A stretch of DNA of 64,000 nucleotides from Escherichia phage C6. The notes beneath the pieces were generated by a model, which made no database searches, was not told where the DNA came from, and saw only the letters and a program-made list of their open reading frames with translations. Both the position numbers and the translations under genes were made by a program. This document shows positions 27,328 through 40,990 of the stretch, piece after piece. The stretch lies in sequence record MW679410.1; one strand, written 5' to 3'. Position 1 is the stretch's first letter, and every line of letters begins with the position of its first letter.

Positions 27328-27651
27328 TTATTTATACAAGCAAGGAATTGCTTTGTAATGACAGGTAACGAATTTTTGTTTAATTTCTTTGGGCTGTTTA
27401 ATACCCAATGCAACCAACGGATGAGGCACGTTAGCAATCTTACCAACAGGAAGTGGAGTCAAATCGCCTACTTCACAAAAATCTTCAGGGACATCAGGTC
27501 CTACAGAATAAATTTCACAAAGTTCAGGGATTTCACCTTGATGGAGTTTGCCAATAACGATACCAGATGCAGTAGTTTCTTCATCACCAGCTTGTTTTGG
27601 TTCGGAAACGAGAATAACATATTCTCCGACCGCTTTAATAGGAAGTTCCAT
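27328..27651 (-). CDS. 31: gp31 co-chaperonin (GroES homolog)
   Basis: 107 aa; ...[11 protein letters not shown]...[23 protein letters not shown] matches T4 gp31. Confidence 0.95.
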   Translation of the reverse strand: MELPIKAVGEYVILVSEPKQAGDEETTASGIVIGKLHQGEIPELCEIYSVGPDVPEDFCEVGDLTPLPVGKIANVPHPLVALGIKQPKEIKQKFVTCHYKAIPCLYK

Positions 27652-27709
27652 ATTTAATCCATATTGTTTTGTTGATAGATTAATAATAACACGCTATTCT
27701 TAAAGCATA

Positions 27710-28006
27710 TTACAGGACAAGCAGAGTTTCGGTCTGAAGGCCATTAACAGAAATCAGCTTATCGAAACGGAATGAACGCCATTGTTGAAGGTCGACATCA
27801 AAAACATATAGAGAATTACGTGGGCCTTGTTTACCTGTTTCAGATTTGAAGTCTTCCTTTTTAGGAAGAAGGTCTAAGTCACGGGTACATTTAAGACGAC
27901 GAATAGTACCATTAATCTTTTCAAACACCACTTCGTGAATGCCTACGGACAGGATGGTTTTTACTTTTTCACAAATGCGAATTGTTTCTTGTTCAGTTAA
28001 AATCAT
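27710..28006 (-). CDS. hypothetical protein (31.1 position)
   Basis: 98-aa track ORF. Confidence 0.5.
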   Translation of the reverse strand: MILTEQETIRICEKVKTILSVGIHEVVFEKINGTIRRLKCTRDLDLLPKKEDFKSETGKQGPRNSLYVFDVDLQQWRSFRFDKLISVNGLQTETLLVL

Positions 28007-28008
28007 AA

Positions 28009-28242
28009 TTATTCCAGAATAGTTTTGATAGTGGTTGCATTACGCTCTTTTAGAGCTCTTAATAGGCTATAGCAATTTTCAAGAATAGGTACTGTTTTGT
28101 AGTTCATGTTGGCATAAACCCACTCAGATTTATAGTACGATTTCCATCGAGAGAAAAAGTACTTTTTGTATTCTACTGAATAGGCTACTAAGCTTTCACC
28201 TTTTGAGTTCAGGCCTGAAAACTTAACTAGACGAAATTTCAT
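28009..28242 (-). CDS. hypothetical protein (31.2 position)
   Basis: 77-aa track ORF. Confidence 0.45.
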   Translation of the reverse strand: MKFRLVKFSGLNSKGESLVAYSVEYKKYFFSRWKSYYKSEWVYANMNYKTVPILENCYSLLRALKERNATTIKTILE

Positions 28243-28787
28243 TATTCACCACAATAGTTTTGAATTGATTCCCAGTTCAGAGAACGGAGACCTGTACGGT
28301 TATACTGGATAACTTCTATGCCTGATTCACGGAGGATATCGTCCCAACCTTCAGGATTTCGGTCATAGAGCTCAGCATAAACCAATGTTTTAATTCCAGA
28401 CTGTGCAATAGACTTAGCACAATCGGCGCACGGAGATAACGTCACGTACATCGTAGCGCCATCAATAGAACTTCCGGTACGAGCTGCAAACAAAATAGCA
28501 TTCAGTTCAGCATGGATTTCATTTTTAGATGACCATGCAGCGTGAGCCATACGGTGTTCTTTAAGAAGAACGGATTTATGCGACATTCGCGTCGGGTCAT
28601 ACACAACACGAGTCCAGTCCTGTTCCACAGCGTGGTCACAACAGTTAACACCGCCGGATGGTGAACCATTATAGCCTGTAGAGATAATGCGACCATTCTT
28701 TTCGATAACCGCACCCACTTTCCATGAACAACATTTTGATTCTTGAGAAATCAGATATGCAATCTGAAGGTATGTGCTTGCTTTCAT
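28242..28787 (-). CDS. cd: dCMP deaminase
   Basis: 181 aa; zinc-binding deaminase motifs (HAELNA, SPCADCA) as in T4 Cd. Confidence 0.95.
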   Translation of the reverse strand: MKASTYLQIAYLISQESKCCSWKVGAVIEKNGRIISTGYNGSPSGGVNCCDHAVEQDWTRVVYDPTRMSHKSVLLKEHRMAHAAWSSKNEIHAELNAILFAARTGSSIDGATMYVTLSPCADCAKSIAQSGIKTLVYAELYDRNPEGWDDILRESGIEVIQYNRTGLRSLNWESIQNYCGE

Positions 28788-29125
28788 TACATCACCACTA
28801 GATAAGCTGTATTATTGGTTTCGACACGATATAAATCAGTACGAAGTTTAGTGATAGATTTCACACGTGAGGTTAATATACCATAACCGTCCGGGAAGCG
28901 TTTTTGTTTATCGAAAAATACCGCCGCCGGAATTCGATCACCAATTTCAACCGGAAGAACAGTAGCCAGCACAGCATCATATGTTGAAGTATGGATGCTT
29001 TGGAAATCTTCACTCAGTTTAAAAAGGTCTTTGATGTACTGAGTAGCCTTTTCAGAGAGACCTCGATGGTCTCCGTCTTCGTCAGATTGTAAGGTGGCAT
29101 TAACTGCTAGTTTTAAATTAAGCAT
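28787..29125 (-). CDS. hypothetical protein (cd.1 position)
   Basis: Track ORF 28787..29167; internal ATG (MLNLKLAVNAT...) overlaps upstream stop. Confidence 0.45.
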   Translation of the reverse strand: MLNLKLAVNATLQSDEDGDHRGLSEKATQYIKDLFKLSEDFQSIHTSTYDAVLATVLPVEIGDRIPAAVFFDKQKRFPDGYGILTSRVKSITKLRTDLYRVETNNTAYLVVM

Positions 29126-29354
29126 CAATATACACCCGCTGCGCTTCGACCAGACCATCAGAACCAAGTTTCAACTGGGTAATCTGGCCGCCATTTTTAG
29201 GATTAACGATAACCAATACCGCACGTGGTGATTCCTGAATTACTCGCAGAGTTGCATCAGGAAAACGTACAGAAACCTTATTAATCAGGGCCTGAGCAAA
29301 TTCTTTAACTTTAACTTGGAACTGCTCTACAGTAATAGGTTGTTCGCTCAGCAT
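29118..29354 (-). CDS. hypothetical protein
   Basis: 78-aa track ORF. Confidence 0.45.
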   Translation of the reverse strand: MLSEQPITVEQFQVKVKEFAQALINKVSVRFPDATLRVIQESPRAVLVIVNPKNGGQITQLKLGSDGLVEAQRVYIDA

Positions 29355-29908
29355 CAGATTGTCTCCAACTTAAGTTGTTTGGTAGTGGTAGCTTGGGTAA
29401 CGTCGCCTTTAACAATATAACACACTTGTTGGAACGAACTGGTCAAAAGCTCTTCAGCCTGACGATCGGCTTGTTCCTTTGTGTTATGGCGAGAATGAAC
29501 TTCAATCTTACCATTTTTAACAATAAGCACTTTCCAATCGGCTGTAGCTTTTACTGGCTTAGGTTCGTCATTTTCAGGAATACTTACCGATACCGTCGGA
29601 CGTGCCACTTCAATGAAGTATTCGAATTCATGAGCAAATGCACCTGTTGAATTAAAGAGAACACCATCTTTAACATCAGGATTACCGGTAATTTTGCCCA
29701 TATCAGAAAACATCATTTCATCGTATATACGAATTCGGCTTACACGCGGCTTCCCATTATGGTAAATAATTTCAACTTCAAACGGATTCATACCTACATA
29801 CTTGGCAAAAGCCATATTAGTCATGTAAGCACCGTTACCAGTGAATTCATTTTTATAATGGTCACTTATAAACTTGTAAAACTTACGCTCTTCAAAGAAC
29901 TTACTCAT
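29354..29908 (-). CDS. hypothetical protein
   Basis: 184-aa track ORF. Confidence 0.5.
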   Translation of the reverse strand: MSKFFEERKFYKFISDHYKNEFTGNGAYMTNMAFAKYVGMNPFEVEIIYHNGKPRVSRIRIYDEMMFSDMGKITGNPDVKDGVLFNSTGAFAHEFEYFIEVARPTVSVSIPENDEPKPVKATADWKVLIVKNGKIEVHSRHNTKEQADRQAEELLTSSFQQVCYIVKGDVTQATTTKQLKLETI

Positions 29909-29976
29909 TTCGATTTCCTCATTTGTTTCGGTAAGGTCATCATATCACCGTCCTTGGTGAAAGTAAACACCTTTTT

Positions 29977-30255
29977 TTAAATTGCTTCGACAACTACCGT
30001 TTGTTTCTGGAAGTCCATTTTGCATGAAATAGCCAAAATGTGGTTATCAATTTTAAATGGGACAATTGCAAATGCTGCACCAGGCGTGAGTTGAACAGTG
30101 ATTGCATCAACCGCATCCGGGAACATGATTTCCAGAATAGCAGACAAACGACCGTGCACCTTTAGTTCAGTCGACACGTCGACGGGTTCGTATAGGTAAT
30201 CAGATACAATCTGACTAAAAATGGTTTTAACAATTTCAGAATAAGTAGGGAACAT
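29977..30255 (-). CDS. hypothetical protein
   Basis: 92-aa track ORF. Confidence 0.45.
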   Translation of the reverse strand: MFPTYSEIVKTIFSQIVSDYLYEPVDVSTELKVHGRLSAILEIMFPDAVDAITVQLTPGAAFAIVPFKIDNHILAISCKMDFQKQTVVVEAI

Positions 30256-30262
30256 AATTACC

Positions 30263-30478
30263 TCAGTGTACTGTATGGACCTTCACGTTAACAATAAACC
30301 GGTCAACGACTTCAGTCAGAGGAACGAACTCAACATAGTACTCGCCTTTGTAACGTTCATTGAGGTCATTACGAAGGGCCGCTAGTGAGTTAATGAGGGT
30401 AGGAGACATATTCTGACCTACCAGTTTCTGAAGCTCTTTATAAGCTTCTTCTTCAACTTCGTGGTGTTTGTTATACAT
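30263..30478 (-). CDS. hypothetical protein
   Basis: Track ORF 30263..30583; internal ATG (MYNKHHEVEEE...) overlaps upstream stop. Confidence 0.4.
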   Translation of the reverse strand: MYNKHHEVEEEAYKELQKLVGQNMSPTLINSLAALRNDLNERYKGEYYVEFVPLTEVVDRFIVNVKVHTVH

Positions 30479-30667
30479 AATGTTCTTCCAAGAAGGCAAG
30501 GAGTTCAGGAGCGGATTTAAAAATACCACCATCGACCTTGTCTTCATCTTTATAGTCCATAACATCCAGGCCAATACGTCCATCGGTTAAAGGCCATACG
30601 CTGAAAAAGTATTCGTAACGTTTTTCAATTTCTTCGATTGTGCGAAAAATCTTTTCAATATTATTCA

Positions 30668-30668
<1 letters not shown>
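30471..30668 (-). CDS. hypothetical protein
   Basis: Track ORF 30471..30698; internal ATG (MNNIEKIF...) overlaps pseT stop (TAATG). Confidence 0.4.
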
Positions 30669-31868
<1,200 letters not shown>

Positions 31869-31872
<4 letters not shown>

Positions 31873-32351
31873 ACACCGAGTTCCTTATAAAGTTCTTCAC
31901 GGCAAGTTTTAAGGGTTTTACCTGATTCGTAAGCAACACTTTCAGGAACATCGCCAAGGGTTACAGCGGATTGCATTTGGCCATGGCGTTTAGCCGCGTA
32001 TTCAAAACTTTTCACTAGCTCACGAATACGTTCTTTTTCATTGTACTCTTCAATGAATTCAGGGTATTCCCAAACCGGACGCATCATACGATACCACTGT
32101 TGGATGGTAATATAATTACTTCCATCCAAATTAATAATCTGCGAAGGCTCAATAGACCCTGGAGCATAAAAAGTTACCTGTCTTACTACATCAATACCGT
32201 CCACAATAGCCCAAGCAAAATTGAAAGTTGCCTTCTTTTCAATTGGTGTACTTGCACAGGACCCTAATTTTAAGAGCTTTTGTAATGCGGGAGATTTAAT
32301 ACTTGAAATGTATTCAGGCTTAGCCACAAAACTGTTATCACGTAAAGTCAT
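31869..32351 (-). CDS. hypothetical protein
   Basis: Track ORF 31869..32387; probable start at MTLRDNSF... after GGAAA SD. Confidence 0.45.
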
Positions 32352-32518
32352 AATAATTTCCTCAAATTTTATAATCCGTAGGAGCATTATACTCTGCTCC
32401 CAAGAGTTTGTAAACTACTTTCCAAAAAGACCATGCATACACATGCTGAACACAATCCCAAAACAAAAGAATGCAGCGCCAAATCTAACGGCATCCCAAC
32501 CGCAAACACATGTCTCAA

Positions 32519-32809
32519 TCATTTGCACTTCTCCTCTTTTAGTCCAGAACGATAATAACATAACATAGATTTCTGGTCTTGTACATATCTTTTTACGTCA
32601 TTCAACCAAATACGATGTTCTTGGGAATCTTCAAATGGCATTCCAACCCAAGCTTTACCATCGATTACCTTAACCTGCCATTTAACATTATGTTCGGCAA
32701 TAGGTTGTGGCCATGAAGGATGCAGTTGTTGCTTAGGCACTACAGGGATGTCCTGGGTGCATCCAACTAACAAGCCAATAGATAACACTACCACAGATAA
32801 TTTAATCAT
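32519..32809 (-). CDS. pseT.2: outer-membrane spanin (lipoprotein, Rz1-like)
   Basis: 96 aa; signal peptide with lipobox LLVGC; follows the i-spanin gene as in T4 pseT.3/pseT.2. Confidence 0.7.
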   Translation of the reverse strand: MIKLSVVVLSIGLLVGCTQDIPVVPKQQLHPSWPQPIAEHNVKWQVKVIDGKAWVGMPFEDSQEHRIWLNDVKRYVQDQKSMLCYYRSGLKEEKCK

Positions 32810-33159
32810 TCTGTAATGCTCCTGAAGTCTTCTGTAAAGGAATCGAAGGACTTGTTGATTTGTTTTTCGACCAGTCCTGGCTTACTTGCCACCACGTGCG
32901 CCTTCTTCGAATCTTTACGGAGCTTTTCATTTTCTACCTTAATTTTATCCATTCGGGCATTCATTTCAGTAGTACGGAATTCAATATCCGAGTATTGACC
33001 ACGAAGGTCCTCTACAGCTTCAGCGTTCTGTTTGGCTGTTTGCTGGGTAGTTTTCAGTTCTTCAGTAAGGGTATCAATACGACTTGATTGATACGAAATA
33101 AAACCGTAAGCACCTACTGCAATGGCTCCAGCTAAAAGGTAAATACTTAATTTAGACAT
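32806..33159 (-). CDS. pseT.3: inner-membrane spanin (Rz-like)
   Basis: 117 aa; N-terminal TM helix then coiled-coil-like charged region. Confidence 0.7.
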   Translation of the reverse strand: MSKLSIYLLAGAIAVGAYGFISYQSSRIDTLTEELKTTQQTAKQNAEAVEDLRGQYSDIEFRTTEMNARMDKIKVENEKLRKDSKKAHVVASKPGLVEKQINKSFDSFTEDFRSITE

Positions 33160-33647
33160 TTGGTAATAATCTCGATGATGTCATCACGTGACAGGGAATT
33201 AATAAGAACCGTTTTAGGATTTTCGCACTGAATTTTGTACGTTTCGAACATAAAACACAATTCTTCAGCGGTATGGTAAGGACTTGAAATGCCGAGGCGA
33301 TTAAACTTGTCGCTTAATGGGTCGCAAATCAAATAGAAAGTGATGCCTGAGATTTTAACATTAGGTTGGCTAATATTAATGAACACCTCGGCATCGTACT
33401 TGGAAAGGTTGTTTTGGAGAAACTCAACCATAGAGTTAACAGCTTCTGGCATGGCTTCACGCTTTTCTTCTGCATAACGGGTAGAGTATTCTTTTTGCTT
33501 GATTTTCTTTTTAGCATTTTTAGCTAAAGTAACACGAAGATCGGTCAGGTAACCTACTGCACGAGAACCTTTAAAAACTTGGATACCGTCAGTAGAGTCA
33601 CCAAAAGCCTTAACAACCATTTCGTTAGTAATCATTTGCATATTCAT
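33147..33647 (-). CDS. Alc-like protein (host transcription unfolding/termination factor), assigned by position and size
   Basis: 166 aa, lies immediately before rnlA in transcription order like T4 alc; sequence identity not verified. Confidence 0.4.
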   Translation of the reverse strand: MNMQMITNEMVVKAFGDSTDGIQVFKGSRAVGYLTDLRVTLAKNAKKKIKQKEYSTRYAEEKREAMPEAVNSMVEFLQNNLSKYDAEVFINISQPNVKISGITFYLICDPLSDKFNRLGISSPYHTAEELCFMFETYKIQCENPKTVLINSLSRDDIIEIITKCLN

Positions 33648-33673
33648 TTTGTTTTTCTCCTCATTAGTTGGTA

Positions 33674-33708
33674 AGTCTATACTAACACATCATGAGGAGA
33701 TGTAAACT
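33674..33708 (-). promoter_or_regulatory. early-type promoter (GTTTAC-N17-TAGTAT) overlapping rnlA 3' end
   Basis: Motif family member upstream of ORF 33147..33647. Confidence 0.5.
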
Positions 33709-34855
33709 ACTCTACCACAATTTCTTTCAAATATTTTTCAGGGATTTGGGCTTTATGGTTTTTCAAGAACACCGAGTTAATCTGGTCTACAACCGTATCA
33801 TAATTAATACCGCCTACGTACGCCTGCATAAGAATAGAGAACAGCCCTGGGAAGTCCTTAAGGATTAACTGACCCGTAACGGCATAGTCTTTACGGTCGC
33901 GGCCCTTGAGTTGGGAATATGCTGCTTCCAACAAAGCCAATGATTGTTCTAGGTAATCTAGATGGATACGTTCAAAGGCATCGATTTTCTCGATAGCAAA
34001 GGAATCCGTACTGAACAGACCACGGAGGTCATCGGTTCCACCGGCCACTACAACTTCAAACAAACGTTCGTTATTGTTAATGGAATCTTTGGTATGGTGC
34101 AGTGCACTGTACCAGGCAGTTTTGAGTTTAAAGAACGTACCATCTTTCAGTACAAAGATGAAACCTTCAATACCCTCTTGTTTACGGATGTTTTCTACGA
34201 AATCACCTTCAGTGAGGTCATAGCTTTCAACCAAATGCTTACGCAGCGCGCCATCTTTAAACAGTTCAGCATATGGAATATATTCACCTGTTTCATTATT
34301 ACGAACGTTCAACAGGATGAGGTTTGTTTCTTGGTACGCCAGCACGATACGGTTGGTAGGTGCAACATATTCAAGGTTGCAGGTATACCCAGCTTTGGTG
34401 ATTTCTTCTAGACGTGCGGCAAAAGCCTCGTTCTCAGGGAGACGAAGGAAACGTAAAGAATCATACACCATTGATGAATGGATAGAGCCTTTAGATTTAA
34501 CAGAAAGATACTGACGGTCCATGAATGTAGAAATCAGAGAACCATCTTCCTTAGCCATTACGAGGTCGATATTTTCTGGCGACAAATCCAGACCGATAGT
34601 CATAGGGTTTTCGTCGAGGTTAAAGAACTTTTGCATAGGACGAGCAGCAATACGTACTGGACCATTCTCGTCCATTTCAAACATAATGCCTCGACACTCT
34701 AGTGCGCCGTCTTCCAACCAATCACTGTACGATGCATAGTTATAACTAAAGATGCGATAGTTGACTCCTAGCGCACTCTGAAAGTCTTTAAAGAAGAACT
34801 TAGATTTAGTCGAGTTTTTAACCAAGGCCATCAAGTTATCATATAATTCAATCAT
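33707..34855 (-). CDS. rnlA: RNA ligase 1
   Basis: 382 aa; YRIFSYNYASYSDW...LECRGIMFEMD... matches T4 Rnl1. Confidence 0.95.
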   Translation of the reverse strand: MIELYDNLMALVKNSTKSKFFFKDFQSALGVNYRIFSYNYASYSDWLEDGALECRGIMFEMDENGPVRIAARPMQKFFNLDENPMTIGLDLSPENIDLVMAKEDGSLISTFMDRQYLSVKSKGSIHSSMVYDSLRFLRLPENEAFAARLEEITKAGYTCNLEYVAPTNRIVLAYQETNLILLNVRNNETGEYIPYAELFKDGALRKHLVESYDLTEGDFVENIRKQEGIEGFIFVLKDGTFFKLKTAWYSALHHTKDSINNNERLFEVVVAGGTDDLRGLFSTDSFAIEKIDAFERIHLDYLEQSLALLEAAYSQLKGRDRKDYAVTGQLILKDFPGLFSILMQAYVGGINYDTVVDQINSVFLKNHKAQIPEKYLKEIVVE

Positions 34856-35265
34856 TGCTTTATCCTATGTTGGGTATTCCAAGGTGGATTAAATTTCTTT
34901 ATGAACATTGGCTCTTCAAGAGACATGGTCTCAACTGACATAGTTCCAAGTTCGTTAGTCATCGACAGATTAAAGCACTGCCGTGCATAGAACTCTACCT
35001 TTTTACCTGCCATTAATGCTTCATGAATCAGAATGGACTTGGTCGAATCCGACGTTTGGTCCTTACGATTAATAGCGGTTCGGTAGTAGTTGATGCGCTT
35101 ACGAAGATTTTTAGTCTTCCCGATGTAGACTAGTATATCATCAACCGCTATAGCATATATGACATTTTGTTTATTTGGTACTGTGAGCGGAGCAATGCTG
35201 GCGTCATCTTGGAGTTCTAGGGTGACGTACTTGATAAAGCTAAATTCGTCTGCGATTTCTTTCAT
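34852..35265 (-). CDS. denA: endonuclease II (GIY-YIG)
   Basis: 137 aa; MKEIADEFSFIKY..VIYAIAVDDILVYIGKTKNLRKRINYY near-identical to T4 EndoII. Confidence 0.95.
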   Translation of the reverse strand: MKEIADEFSFIKYVTLELQDDASIAPLTVPNKQNVIYAIAVDDILVYIGKTKNLRKRINYYRTAINRKDQTSDSTKSILIHEALMAGKKVEFYARQCFNLSMTNELGTMSVETMSLEEPMFIKKFNPPWNTQHRIKQ

Positions 35266-35291
35266 AGCAATAAGGGGCCGAAGCCCCGTCC

Positions 35292-36470
35292 TTAAAAATA
35301 TTTCTTGTATGATGCCATTACTTTATCATCAACATCATTATCAATTTGTGCTACAAGGTAAGAACTGATTTCCACTTCCTGAGGAGCAGCCTGTACAGCA
35401 TCAGAGTTCAGGTATTCGCGAATCCAAGGATACGGATGGCGGGTAGGAGCATCAGTAATAGGACATGGTAAGCCGCATTGTTTCATACGAGAAACTGTCA
35501 AGTAATCGACAAAAGCACCCATGTTCTGAGTATTTAATCCAGGGCAAGTGCCGTCTTTGAACAGGTGAGCGGCCCATTCTTTTTCTTGACGGTTAACTTC
35601 CATGAAAATATCAACTGCTTCTTGTTCACACTCTTGAGCAATTTTAACCCATTCGTCGCCATCAGTGCCAAGTTGGAGTTGACGAATAATGTACTGGGTA
35701 CCTTTAAGGTGAAGCTGTTCATCACGTGCAATGAACTTCATAATCTTGGCATTACCTTCCATGATTTCCATGTTCTTATGGAAGTTAAAGGTACATGCGA
35801 AAGATACATAAAAACGAATAGCTTCCAATGCGTTGATTACGTGGAGACAAAGATAAAGAGAACGCATCAGTTCACGTTTCCAATACATCTCATGCTCTAT
35901 GGCATCTTCAATATCATCTTCGTCTGCGTTAATTTCTTTTTGGTACTCAATATCAGCTTTAGCATTCTGCCAATATCTAGTTTTCTTTAAAACATCGTCA
36001 TAATAACGACCAATGGATTCGGCCCGTTTCATGATGGCGTCATCTAACAGAATTTCATCAAATACCTTAGACGGATCTGTATAGAGGTTACGCATGATAT
36101 GGGTATATGAACGAGAGTGAATAGTTTCACTAAAGGTCCATGTGGCAACCCATGTATCGAGGCTAGGGTCTGAAATCAAGGCCTGAAGCGCTGCAGAAGG
36201 AGCACGTCCCTGGATACTATCCAGAAGTGATTGATACTTCAGGTTATTGGTAAAAATATTTTGCTGGAATTGTGGAAGCTTATTAAACTGGGCAGCGTCC
36301 ATCATCAAGTTGACTTCTTCTGGACGCCAGAAAAAACTCAACTGCTTTTCACAAAGCTCTTCGAATACTTTATGACGTTGGATATCATAACGAGCAATAC
36401 CCAATCCTGAACCAAAGAACATCGGCTCGACTAAAACATCAACTGGGGTAGTATTAAAAACTGTAGACAT
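35292..36470 (-). CDS. nrdB: ribonucleotide reductase beta subunit (uninterrupted)
   Basis: Track ORF to 36500; start at MSTVFNTTPVD... as in T4 NrdB; single continuous ORF. Confidence 0.95.
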   Translation of the reverse strand: MSTVFNTTPVDVLVEPMFFGSGLGIARYDIQRHKVFEELCEKQLSFFWRPEEVNLMMDAAQFNKLPQFQQNIFTNNLKYQSLLDSIQGRAPSAALQALISDPSLDTWVATWTFSETIHSRSYTHIMRNLYTDPSKVFDEILLDDAIMKRAESIGRYYDDVLKKTRYWQNAKADIEYQKEINADEDDIEDAIEHEMYWKRELMRSLYLCLHVINALEAIRFYVSFACTFNFHKNMEIMEGNAKIMKFIARDEQLHLKGTQYIIRQLQLGTDGDEWVKIAQECEQEAVDIFMEVNRQEKEWAAHLFKDGTCPGLNTQNMGAFVDYLTVSRMKQCGLPCPITDAPTRHPYPWIREYLNSDAVQAAPQEVEISSYLVAQIDNDVDDKVMASYKKYF

Positions 36471-36523
36471 GTTATTCTCATTTGTTAGTGACTCATCCAT
36501 GAGTCAATTATAATCAGATTTTA

Positions 36524-38779
36524 TTAAAGCTTACAAGCTGCACAATCGTCGGCTTTAGGAGTTTCGATTTCGTAGTCATCAGTACCAGAGCCATCTCGGG
36601 TATTATGATAGTAAAGGTTCTTACCACCGTAGTACCAGAAATATAGCAGGTCATCAAGCATTACAGACATCGGAACTTTTCCTTTTGGAAAAATCTGCGG
36701 GTCGTAATATGTGTTTGCTGATGCAGATTGACAAACCCATTTCAACATAATCACCACCTGCGTAAGATAAGGTTTATTACCTTTCTTAGCAAGTGTCCAA
36801 GCGTAATCATAGAGCCCTTGGTTATGTTCTACATTAGGAACTACCTGACGGAAGTTACCTTCTTTAGATTCTTTAATACTTACCGGGCCACGCGGAGGTT
36901 CGATACCGTTTGTAGAGTTGGAAACCTGGCTGCTTGATTCGCACGGCATAAGTGCTGATAATGTGCTATTACGGATGCCATGTTTAGCCAAGTCTTCCCG
37001 CAACGACGTCCAGTCACAAACATAGTTAGGGGCTGCGATTTGGTCAATCTTTTTATTGTACCAGTCGATAGGTAATTCGCCTCGAGACCATTTAGTGTCT
37101 GAATAATACTCGCAAGGTCCTTTTTCTTCGGCCAACTTGATTGATGCTCGGATAAGTCCATATTGTAATCTCTCAAACAGTTCGTGAGTTAAATCGTTAG
37201 CGTCTTCATAAGAAGCAAAGTTTGAAGCCAACCAAGCGGCGTAGTTCGTAACACCTACACCCAGGTTACGACGTTTCTTAGCCTTCAGAGCTTCAGGAAC
37301 AGGATAATCTTGGTAGTCCAACAGGTTATCAAGTGCACGTACCTGGACTTCAGCAAGTTCGTTGATTTTGTCTTGGTCCTGCCAATCGAAGTTATCCAGC
37401 ACAAATGCAGACAATGTACACAAGCCAATTTCAGCGTCCGGACTATTCACATCAGTAGTCGGGATAGCAATTTCACAACACAAGTTACTCTGACGAATAG
37501 GAGCTTTCTCACGAATAAATGGTGTGAAGTTGTTAGTGTTATCAACGAATTGAGGATAAATTCGTGCAGTGCCTGAACGTTCAGTCATGAACAATTCAAA
37601 AAGGTCACGTGCTTTAATACGTTTCTTACGAATACTAGGGTCTTTTTCTGCAGCTTCATACAATTCACGGAAACGGTCTTGGTCTTCGAAATAAGAATGG
37701 TAAAGCTCACCACCCATTTCATGAGGACTAAACAGAGTAATGTAATCATTTTTGCCGAAACGTTCCATCATCAGGTCGTTCAACTGGATTCCGTAGTCCA
37801 TATGACGAATACGGTTCTCATCGACACCCTTGTTGTTTTTCAGAACGAGCAGATTTTCAACTTCCAAATGCCAAATAGGATAATAAGCAGTAGCAGCGCC
37901 GCCACGGATTCCACCTTGTGAACATGATTTAACAGCAGTCTGGAAATGTTTCCAGAATGGAATAACACCGGTATGTTTGACTTCACCCATGCCAATACGA
38001 GAACCTTCAGCACGAATCATACCAACGTTGATACCAATACCTGCACGTTTAGAAATGTATTCAATTATTGAGTTAGCAGTTTTGTTAATAGATTTCAGTG
38101 AGTCGCCTGCTTCAATAACCACACAAGAACTAAATTGGCGAGTTGGTGTACGGGCTCCGGCCATAATAGGAGTAGGCAACGAAACCTGACGAGTACTTAC
38201 GGCATCATAAAAACGAATAATATGTGCTAAACGATTACCCGGCTCTTCTTGGTGTAAGGCCATACCAATACACATGATAGCGAACTGAGGAGTTTCATAG
38301 ATTTTACCGGTTGTTTTATCTTTAACCAGATATTTCTCTTTCAGCTGCATTGCGCCAGCATATGTCAATTCGAAATCGCGTTCATGCTTGATATGAGATT
38401 CTAAGAAAGTAATTTCTTCTGCAGAATATCGAGACAGCAATTCAGGGTCATATTTACCTTCGTTAACACAATAGGAAATATGGTCGATAAAACTACGCGG
38501 TTCAAACTGGCCGTAAACTTCTTTACGCAGTGCAAACATCAATTGCTTTGCAGCAACATATTGGTAATCAGGCTCTTCAACCGAAATAAGGTTGGCTGCT
38601 ACCTTAACAGTCAGATTCTGAATATCTTTGGTAGTCATACCATCGCGAAGATGAGATTTGATTTCTTCGTATAATTCATAGGGGTCGATTTGGGTTCCTT
38701 CACAGCCCCAAGTCAGAACTTTAATAATTTTTTGTGCGTCAAAATCTTGGGATACACCACTACTTTTTTGTACTTGCAT
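36524..38779 (-). CDS. nrdA: ribonucleotide reductase alpha subunit
   Basis: 751 aa; class Ia RNR large subunit. Confidence 0.95.
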   Translation of the reverse strand: MQVQKSSGVSQDFDAQKIIKVLTWGCEGTQIDPYELYEEIKSHLRDGMTTKDIQNLTVKVAANLISVEEPDYQYVAAKQLMFALRKEVYGQFEPRSFIDHISYCVNEGKYDPELLSRYSAEEITFLESHIKHERDFELTYAGAMQLKEKYLVKDKTTGKIYETPQFAIMCIGMALHQEEPGNRLAHIIRFYDAVSTRQVSLPTPIMAGARTPTRQFSSCVVIEAGDSLKSINKTANSIIEYISKRAGIGINVGMIRAEGSRIGMGEVKHTGVIPFWKHFQTAVKSCSQGGIRGGAATAYYPIWHLEVENLLVLKNNKGVDENRIRHMDYGIQLNDLMMERFGKNDYITLFSPHEMGGELYHSYFEDQDRFRELYEAAEKDPSIRKKRIKARDLFELFMTERSGTARIYPQFVDNTNNFTPFIREKAPIRQSNLCCEIAIPTTDVNSPDAEIGLCTLSAFVLDNFDWQDQDKINELAEVQVRALDNLLDYQDYPVPEALKAKKRRNLGVGVTNYAAWLASNFASYEDANDLTHELFERLQYGLIRASIKLAEEKGPCEYYSDTKWSRGELPIDWYNKKIDQIAAPNYVCDWTSLREDLAKHGIRNSTLSALMPCESSSQVSNSTNGIEPPRGPVSIKESKEGNFRQVVPNVEHNQGLYDYAWTLAKKGNKPYLTQVVIMLKWVCQSASANTYYDPQIFPKGKVPMSVMLDDLLYFWYYGGKNLYYHNTRDGSGTDDYEIETPKADDCAACKL

Positions 38780-38907
38780 AATTTCCTCAATATGTTAGGT
38801 TCTATAATTATTCTATCATAGAACCTGTTAAGCATGGACTGATATTTATAGAATGAAATTCAGTCCGACCATAATAACCAAAAACAGAGTACAGATTATT
38901 TGAATTT

Positions 38908-40684
<1,777 letters not shown>

Positions 40685-40694
40685 TATATTTTCC

Positions 40695-40934
40695 TCACGC
40701 TTTCTTAGCGATTTTCCAGTCAGCTTTAAATTGGTCCACATCAGAGTGGTGAACCCAGAAACCGGATGAGCTACCATCTTCATAAAGAGGGCACCCATCA
40801 CAATCGTCTTTCCAACCCATTTCACACAAAGCTTGTTCAGCTTTTTCCAGAGCTTCTGGATTTTTACCTTGGATTGTGAAGTACCATTTACCTTTAACTT
40901 CAGAATCGTTGATTGATTCACGTTGTAATTTCAT
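40695..40934 (-). CDS. hypothetical protein
   Basis: Track ORF begins at non-ATG; ATG (MKLQRES...) after AAGGAG; early promoter upstream. Confidence 0.5.
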   Translation of the reverse strand: MKLQRESINDSEVKGKWYFTIQGKNPEALEKAEQALCEMGWKDDCDGCPLYEDGSSSGFWVHHSDVDQFKADWKIAKKA

Positions 40935-40954
40935 TTTATTCTCCTTAGTTGACA

Positions 40955-40990
40955 AGGCTATAGTATCACTACCATAGCCTGGTGTAAACT
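40955..40990 (-). promoter_or_regulatory. early-type promoter (GTTTAC-N18-TACTAT)
   Basis: Motif family member upstream of ORF 40695..40934. Confidence 0.5.

Noticed and set aside
33147-33647. Firm identification of this ORF as alc
   Set aside because: Only position and length support it; I could not recall enough of the T4 Alc sequence to confirm, so it is reported as Alc-like at low confidence.
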